From contig BFEA01000001.1 of NCBI GenBank assembly GCA_003427395.1, positions 11,941,651 through 11,994,986 of the forward strand: 53,336 nucleotides of DNA, written 5' to 3'. This document shows positions 45,601-53,336 of the stretch, piece by piece. Every line of letters begins with the position of its first letter. The stretch's first letter is position 1. Under the pieces are notes generated by a model. It searched no databases, was not told the origin of the DNA, and saw only the letters and a program-made list of their open reading frames with translations. The DNA is from Chara braunii (lineage: Eukaryota; Plantae; Charophyceae). A program made the translations under genes and the position numbers.

Positions 45601-48364
45601 GACACTGGGGACTGCCCAGAGAAGGCAGGAGGGGAGCTCGTTCGTTTTCAAGCGACGAGCGACCCCTGAGTTAGACAGGGAGAGAAGAGTAACGGCCTCG
45701 AATGTGGCCGCGGGGGTAGAATAGGTGCAGGGGTAAGAAGAAAAGGAGAAGGGAAGAATGGGGGAAAGGGAGTGTCGCGAACGGGACCACGACGTAGGCC
45801 CAGATGCAAGGTTAGAGGCATCTGGGCTCTGATGAGACAACAAACTGTTGGTTTCAACAGTCTGCTGAAAAATGGCTTGTTACAGCCATTTGAAGACTGC
45901 GTCTGGCCGCGGGTGGCGTCCAGATGCGTTGACCGGGTTCAGAACTTGGTTTCCCTAGGGGAACATCAAGTTTCCTGGCCCTTGATTGCGATTTAGATCA
46001 AGGGCCAGGCCCTGTTCCGAGATTTGGTTGGGGGTAAACCAGCTGCCCTCGGCCTTCAGCCAACTATAAAAGTTAGCCTGCCACCCAGCAGCCTCACACT
46101 TGTGGCAATGCTGTTGGGGCATTCTACTTGAGTAGATGCTGGCTGGCTGGCTGCTGGTGCAATAAGGCGAAGTGCTGGAGGTCTGCAGAAGCACTTGGAG
46201 GAAGAAGGAGGCAGCCATAGCTAGAGGCTGGGAGCTTCTTGCCCCTCCTTTAGTGCTATGCTGCAGGCTGTGGGGAAGCCGTAGCCGTGAGGCTGCAGCT
46301 GGATTGGACCACGCTGCAAAGGGCTCCGACGAGAAGATGCTGGCCGACGGTCGGCACGAGGCAACGGGCTTTATAGGAGGCTGCGCCGCTGTGCTTTGGA
46401 AGGAGGTGCTGCCAAATTTTTGCAGCGACAGCTCCGGGGCTAGCGACGGTACAGCGGAAGCGTTGCCGAAGTTTTCGGCAGCGGCACTAGTCTTCTTGGC
46501 GATACAGCGGAAGCGCTGCCGAAATTTTTCGGCAGCAGCGCTGGTTTACGGCAATAGTGCGAAAACTCTACCAAAATTTTGCGGTAAAGGCATTGGGTTC
46601 GGGACGATAATGCATGGGTTGTCGGGGTTCCACAGGTGGAAGCGGCAGTGTTATGGGCGTTGAATACATATACAGTGACGTGGTTTGGAGCCTTGGGAAC
46701 GTGACGCTGCTGTAGGTTGGTGACATTGAACGCAGGTGACGTGGCTGGCGGGTGTCATGAGGGAATGGTGTGAATCACCCTGGGATTGACTGGGTGTGTC
46801 GATCTTCTCGCTTGAGGGCATTTTGGCATGCGTCACCTACGGGATTGTGTCAAAGCTGTGGTTATTTTTTTGCGGCGCATGGAGTAAGCGGGGATTGAGT
46901 TTGGGACCACCACATATTGTGGCGGTGGTGTGGTGCCAGTTGGAACCGTTCTGGGACTAAGTAAGTAAAAAGTAAGGCTGGGAAATAAGTGTGGTGATCA
47001 AGCGTGGTAATTGGTGGGGGATTGGAATGGATAATTGAATTGACACGATTTTGGTGGAAGATGTAACGTTGAGGCTGTGGGATTTGAGAGCTCGCTTTTA
47101 TGTTGGTGAGCGGCGCCTGAATTAGTGGTGGCACCTGAAGAAAGGCGTGGTTCGTCCTAGAGAACGGCCACAACGAGAGTTGTGCGTCCGAACCTTTTTT
47201 GAGAAGATATTCGGCTTTCTTGAGTGAGCCGATTCAAACTTCACTCAAGGTCAGTTGAATGACTCAAATTTTCCTTCACACCTGTGTGAACCCACACTTT
47301 GTTTGACCTTGTCATTTTGAATGTTCAAAAGAAAAGGCAGAAGAAAGTTGTGAGAGTCATGCATGTGGATGGAGTGGTCTGACTCGAGTATGGGATTGTA
47401 CNGTTTCCCTTGANNTTGTTTTCTTTNCATGTTGCGCAGGTAGGTAGAAGGATGCTTGCTATNNAGATTGACTTCGCCTGTTGGAGAAAAGGAAAAGGAT
47501 TGTTCTCTTTCAATCTTTCACCTGCCTGCATGATAAAATACTTGAATTTTGGAATGAATAAGTTCAACGGGTACTGTGAGAGCAGTCTATCACAAATGAT
47601 ATTATCTACTTGTACCTGTCAAAATGATTCTCATTCTCTATCTCACTCAGTTTCTTTACGTCTAGGTTACCGAGAACCTAGAAGGAATGAGAATAATTGA
47701 AGACTACTTGCGGTGAACGAGATCTCTTCTCTAGGAAGCATCCAAGGGGGGGGTTCGTATGCTTTCGGAGCCGGCCCTGATATCGACTTGGAGTGGACCC
47801 GACTCGTCGGGCCGACTCGTCGGGGGTGGTATTTTGTCGATTCGGTGGTGACGGTCCGACCTCTGAGATCTGAGTCTTCGGGCTCAGGCGAGGGGAAGGA
47901 GTAGCCACAAACCACTTCCTAGAGGAGAGACATGCAACACTTCAAGCCATGTACCTGATTGAGAATCATCCGCGAAGCAACCTGTCATCCAGGAAGACTG
48001 AGAATGTATGGAGACAGGCGAATGCGTGCTTAATCATAGGTCGACTTTAGTAGGAATGAATAATTTTGGCAGCTTATCTCATCAAGTCAAAGTTGAGGCA
48101 GTCCGACTACCTTGTCAGTTGCATCACGTCAACGTTTCGTTGGCGATTATATGATTGTTTTGTGGTATTCGACCTGTGGCGGTCGGATTGTGGTTGATAT
48201 CGTGTTATTGGATGTACCATATGATGATTCTGATTCTTTCAGTTACCATTTCAGATTGGGCATGTTCCTGTCGACTACGGTCGACTCCTTTTGGTGAAAT
48301 TATGTGTGTTGTTATAACTTTCCTTTGATTGTGTGTCTAAGGGACTAGGATTAATTTATGGTTT

Positions 48365-48834
48365 CACGCTTGGTTGAGACCATCCTAGTCGATCGACGTC
48401 CACTTCGTACTTAGGAGATCAGTGCCCTAAGGAATGAACGACGTTCGGGTCCACTTGACGTTAACCAAACGTATATATAGTACGACGAACGAGCAAACGT
48501 CATCGGCTGACCTACCTCTGCAATTGCATCTAAAAGCTTTCGCACGTGGGTCGGTAGCTCGGTAGGGATACTTCTCTAAGTGTGGTGACAACCCCTTAGG
48601 GAAGCAAGTTAATGCCCTGCGGGAACCTATCCTGTCGTAGGGGACCGTGGGATGTATTGCTGGCGCACTCGGCTAGAGCGGCGAAGGAGCGATGCAACCG
48701 CGTCCGTCTCAGTGGTTCGCAGGATTATTTATGCATCGTCCTAAGTTGTCTTTTGATGGGTTTTGTTTTGTTTATCTCCTGCGTGACATGGCCGGGAGGG
48801 CCCTCGTTCACGCTAGGGCCGATGCGCTCGACAC
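48365..48834 (+). ncRNA. Unidentified conserved structured motif, copy 1
   Basis: Collinear blocks shared with 50688-51096: tcctag.cga.cg, acctctg..attgcat, ggtagctcgg..gggatac, tggtgacaac, cctatcctgt.gtagggg, cgcactcggc..gagcggc, ggccggga.ggccc and ccgatg.gctcgacac; strand and RNA nature are inferred. Confidence 0.5.
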
Positions 48835-50687
48835 CTTAAGTTAGTGTGGCCTAGTCATATAATTGGTAGGTTAGTCACATCCATAAGTTGGGTTTGATTT
48901 TATGTCTTACGTAAGAGACGGTAAAAGAGTAATAATGAGGGACTTGAACGAACTATGTGATCTGAAAAAGGAATCTGAGGGTTGGTGAGGATGTTATTGA
49001 GCTTGTTTGTGTATGTCTTTGGGGTTTTCTTTCGATAGCTTAGTCGCTTTAGATGCTCGTTGAGTGTTGGAGCTATAGATAGGTAAGATGGATGATGTGA
49101 GGGAAGTTTGGGATAAGATAGGACTGAACTTACTATGAGTTAGGACTAGTGATAGCTCACAATATCATCTTCAAAGAAGGATTGCGTAGACTATCTTCAG
49201 TTCTAACTAGCGAGTAAGCGTCAGAAGTTAATCCCAAGTACAGTTGTATTTTATCTTTGCATTTTTAATTTTGTATAAATCTTGGCAGTTTTCTTTTCCT
49301 ACGGAAAATGCTGTCGAATTTTTTACAAATTTGAAAAGAGGTAGTCATTTTGAGTTCATAAAAATTATGAAAAGACACTTTTCCTAAGGGAAACGCTGCC
49401 AAAATTTTTTGAAATCTGGAGAGTTAAATTATTTTCTGTTGTGAGAAATTTAACGATTCACCATATGTAAGGAAGATGTTGCAAAAACTCTCGATAACTT
49501 ATGAGGGAGGTAAGAAAGAGGTTAGTAGAGGAGTCAGGCCGCGAGATGGAGCATGTCCTCCATTTGGTTTAAACGTAGTAGTGTTTTTTTTTTGTATGTA
49601 CTGTGATGCATATCCACGTATTCGATTGAAGGCTTGATTAGTTCGACACGATCTTACAAAGGATCGTTCTTATGTTATCCTTTGATAACCGATCGATTTC
49701 CGGCTCAACTCTAACTCATTCTCATTACTCAACCTAAGGCTTTGACCCATGTTGGTTGGAATGTTTCTTTGGGGTTTTACCCAGACTTTTATTAAATGGT
49801 CATTTAAAAAGAACTAAGTATTTTTTTTTTAATTGTTGTGAAAGGGTTAGACAAATATTGGGGTTTGGGAAAATAAGGCAAAGGGGTGTGAGTGTAGAGA
49901 GTGGTCGAAGTTGACCCCGTACAATGCGTGGTTTATTGATGTTGAATCGTTGATGTGATTACATATATGTTTTGTGAATTGAAATTTTGAGTTTAATTTG
50001 TCTATGATCATATATATATTTTTAAAGGAAGTCACACTGTGATTGTGAGAGTGATCGTTTTGTATCTTATAACCTTTTATATTTATGTGTCCTTTGTGCT
50101 TGCATAACCTATTGAAACCATAAATAATGGTTAAATAGTTTTGTATTGAGATGACAAAATATATATTTTTATCTTTTACTGTTTAGAATTTTATAGTTTG
50201 ACGGTAAGGTCTGTGGGGGCCGTCAGAGTCGAACCCCTTGACATTTTTTCAGGTTTTGGATCATGAAGCTTGTCTCCAAGGCCACAAGCGTTGAGCGCCA
50301 CAAAGGGTCGGAACCCCTCTACCACCCACTCTCCGCAGGGTGCAGGAGAGGGTAGGACTCTCAACCGCCTCGGCGGTTGTTTAGCGTCGAGAGGTTAATC
50401 CCTCAAGGCGTGTGTATCAGTCGATAGTTGAGTGTTGAAAATGGCGCTCGAGACAACTGAGGGTTATGGGATTGTGGGCACTGCATAGTATGCCATTACT
50501 GCGATTGCTTGGGTATTCATGCATGACCAGTCGATATCACTAAGGTTTGTGTCACCGCAATATTTTATTTAGAGCCTCACACACGATACTCATTTAATTC
50601 TCTTTGTGAAAGTTATGGGTCAGATGTGAAAAAAAGACTAAATGTGATTTACATATGAAGTTTGATTTCTATTTTTGTGAGAGGTCT

Positions 50688-51096
50688 CACGTGGTTAGAT
50701 TTAACGGTCCTAGCCGACCGGTGTAGGGTCGTGGTCGAAAAATCATCGTCTCGGACAACGATTCGTGCACGGACCCGATTCAGGCGCTAACCACACATAT
50801 TCTCTATGCTACAGTGAATGAGAAGCGCCCTCGGCCGGACCACCTCTGAGATTGCATACGAAAAACCTTCACATGTGGTTTGGTAGCTCGGCGGGGATAC
50901 GTTGGCCTAAGGGATGGTGACAACTGTCACGGGTGAAGGTAAGTTGTACCTTGCTTAACCCTATCCTGTTGTAGGGGTTTGGGAGAGGTATGGTTGCCGC
51001 ACTCGGCCGGAGCGGCAACGCTCTACGACGAAGTCCTGCAAAATCCTTCGTGAGGCGGCCGGGAAGGCCCCTCAGCACGACCGATGAGCTCGACAC
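50688..51096 (+). ncRNA. Unidentified conserved structured motif, copy 2
   Basis: Same blocks as copy 1; helix gtggttag/ctaaccac corresponds to ttggttga/ttaaccaa in copy 1. Confidence 0.5.
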
Positions 51097-52194
51097 AGGT
51101 AACTTTAAGATTAAGCGAAATATTGACTTCTTTGTTTTTAGCTGCTATAAGTCATGAGCATTCGTTTTTTTAAAGGAGCTGACATAATTTTTATCAATTC
51201 AAAAACCTAATGAACTGTCGAATATTATTTAAGTCAAAATATTTATTTTTCGATTTAAGTTTATGTATATTATGGGAGGTTACTCTCACGGGAGCAGTAT
51301 TGTCAAATTTTTTCAATTTTATCGTAAATTTTAAACTAAGAGTGAAATTTAGAGAAAGGACAGTTGTGAGGGCGTTGGGATCATGTTGGCTTGTATATGA
51401 TTACAAGTCATTCTCATGTAGAGACCTTTCTATAGGGGCTCTCTATGGGTCCATGTCATACTACATTTCTTATCGTATAATAACAGGTCGGTTTATTAAT
51501 TCAACTCGTATTTATATTTAACGCTCATACTTTATTTTATACCTTATATGGAATAGAATTTTGATTTTTTACGTAGTCATATAAAAAGTATGTGTCAGTC
51601 AGAAAGGGGTCCTTGTGTGACTAAGTCCAATTGGGGATGACTGACTATGTCTGATTATGGAAGGTTTCGGGGTGTGAATAAAGGTTAAACTCCGTCAACA
51701 ATATGTGATGCATTTTCTTTGTGATTTCAAGTTAATGGACAACCATTCGTGTTTTGCTCAATGAAAGATTTGCGTCAATGAACTGTGCTCATTTCATGTT
51801 TTGCTTTGGACACCTCGATAAGGTGTGCATTTTTCACATACTTCGTTTGCATTATGAAATTATAACCTTGACATTTTATGAATCACTGAAAAGGCTAAGA
51901 GTCATATTGCTTGTTTTTTAGGTTTATTTATGTACAATGTAAGTAATATTTTTTTGCCTTACAATGCATTACCTCCATGTTCATTAAGTTATGGCATAAA
52001 ATAGGATGACGCTTATAAAAGAAATTGAGACGCCATAAGGGTAAAAGTTCATAAGATGAAGTTAAGTGGTGCGAGAGACGGCCTAAGAGAACGACGTCCG
52101 GATACCGGTATATTTTATAGGTCAATTTTATGTGTTTTAGCGTGCGTATATTTATGCTACAACAAACTATAAATGCCTTTGAGGCCGGATTAAA

Positions 52195-52475
52195 AAAATC
52201 AACGTCTCGAGATCGACGCATTTCATGAGGTAGTATTAGTCGTTCTAGCATATACATAGGTTATGGTTGACAAGAAATACCCTCGACTCACTTACCCCTA
52301 ACACGTCAAGTAAACACCGTTACATGTGGGTGAGTAGTTCAGTAGCGATACACCCATCCAAGGATGATGACAACTCATTGGCCAGGTGTCAAAAATTTGT
52401 ACATTGCGGACTTATATCTTGTTGTAGGGGTCAATGGAAGGTATACATGATGTACTTAGTCGGAGTAGTGTGTTC
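52195..52475 (+). repeat. Unidentified conserved motif, degraded copy 3
   Basis: aaaaatca.cgtctcg, acatgtgg, gtagttcagtagcgatac, ggatgatgacaac, tatcttgttgtagggg and acttagtcggag are collinear with copies 1 and 2. Confidence 0.6.
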
Positions 52476-53336
52476 GTAATTGTTTTTACTTATAATCTTA
52501 CGTGATACGGTTAAAAAGGTTCCCTCCGATTGGGAGATTGAAAAAGCTCCCACCACTTCTTCGCCTTAGTATGACGTATGATTTTTACAAAGAACTGTTT
52601 AACCAACTAACCATCCTTTGTAGAATGAGAAAACATGTATATATGTGTCGAAATAAATTCACAAAAAACTAATGATGGTAAAGCTCGCCTAAAACCACAC
52701 ACAATCAACGACCCACAATAAAGGACAATAATGATCACAGTTCGATAAGGCAAAAAAAACAGTCGAAACGACCTAACCATAATAAGAGAAAAAAAACTAC
52801 CTAAATTAAATGTTCGCCTAAACCAACATAATATTATGTTCATATTAAAATCTCTATACTACTAAAAGAAACAGCGGGTCTCGCGTGACGCCCTACGTGA
52901 GACCCGGTTCCAAGGTCGAGGAACTCGGTGGGAAGGAGGTGCGACGGTCGGAGGCATAAACCGACGGTCCGACGTGAAAGCATGGAGCGAAACGACTTGG
53001 GTTGGAAAGGAGGCGTGGCACGCGTACAAATCGACGGGCCCACATGAAAGCAAGTCGGGAAAAGACCACAGCTGAACGGAGGATGGCAGATGCGAACGGT
53101 TGGCCGGAGGTAGGCGCGAGGGGACGTGCAAAGACCGATGGAGCGACGGGTGCGCGAGGGAGGACATCAAATGGAGAGACGCGAAGAGAGACGCAGACTG
53201 TGTTTTTTTTTTTTTTTTTTGAGAGAGAGAGAGAGAGAGAAAGAGATAACAGGTAACTTTTCAATCTCGCGGCTGGCTTCATGGTACTTTCACCGAGAGG
53301 AGGAGCAAAATCGAATGAATCTTCCGCTACAACATG

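Noticed and set aside
44542-45843. Long ORFs spanning N runs (also 1478-2024)
   Set aside because: Artefacts of assembly gaps
48510-48600. Resemblance to picornavirus type II IRES (cctctgc..aaaagc..cacgtg..gatac..acaacccc)
   Set aside because: Only short scattered words from memory, not clearly kept in the other copies; cannot be supported without alignment
51080-51096. Minimal hammerhead ribozyme (ccgatgagctcgacac)
   Set aside because: Both copies deviate from the invariant CUGANGA/GAAA core at the same positions

Overview
Repeat-rich eukaryotic nuclear DNA from a green plant. The (CTA)n/(GA)n microsatellites, plant-type U6 and rRNA, and plant-type mitochondrial fragments suggest a streptophyte alga such as Chara (inference only). 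There is one convincing intact protein-coding gene: an intronless, secreted HAD-IIIB (plant VSP-like) acid phosphatase at 4109-4876, followed by two decayed tandem copies of its own 3' third. The rest is a mosaic: a U6 retropseudogene, a hAT-type MITE with a perfect 8-bp TSD, a decayed hAT transposase, L1-like LINE 3' ends, a collapsed 18S/25S rDNA orphon interrupted by a tRNA-headed SINE-like element, organellar fragments (nad3, probable nad9, rnl, tRNA 3' halves) and LTR-like segments. Two unusual non-coding signals stand out. (1) An array of about 14 hairpins at 42630-43590 (about 60-bp period) has a near-invariant CA-TAAGT-TG apex on stems that differ from unit to unit yet stay complementary; it ends just upstream of a putative LTR. 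(2) A conserved, apparently structured 400-470-nt motif occurs in three diverged copies (48365, 50688, about 52195), and the first copy is directly followed by the same TAAGT hairpin. All family assignments come from visual recognition, not database searches. Almost all other ORFs in the track are spurious.
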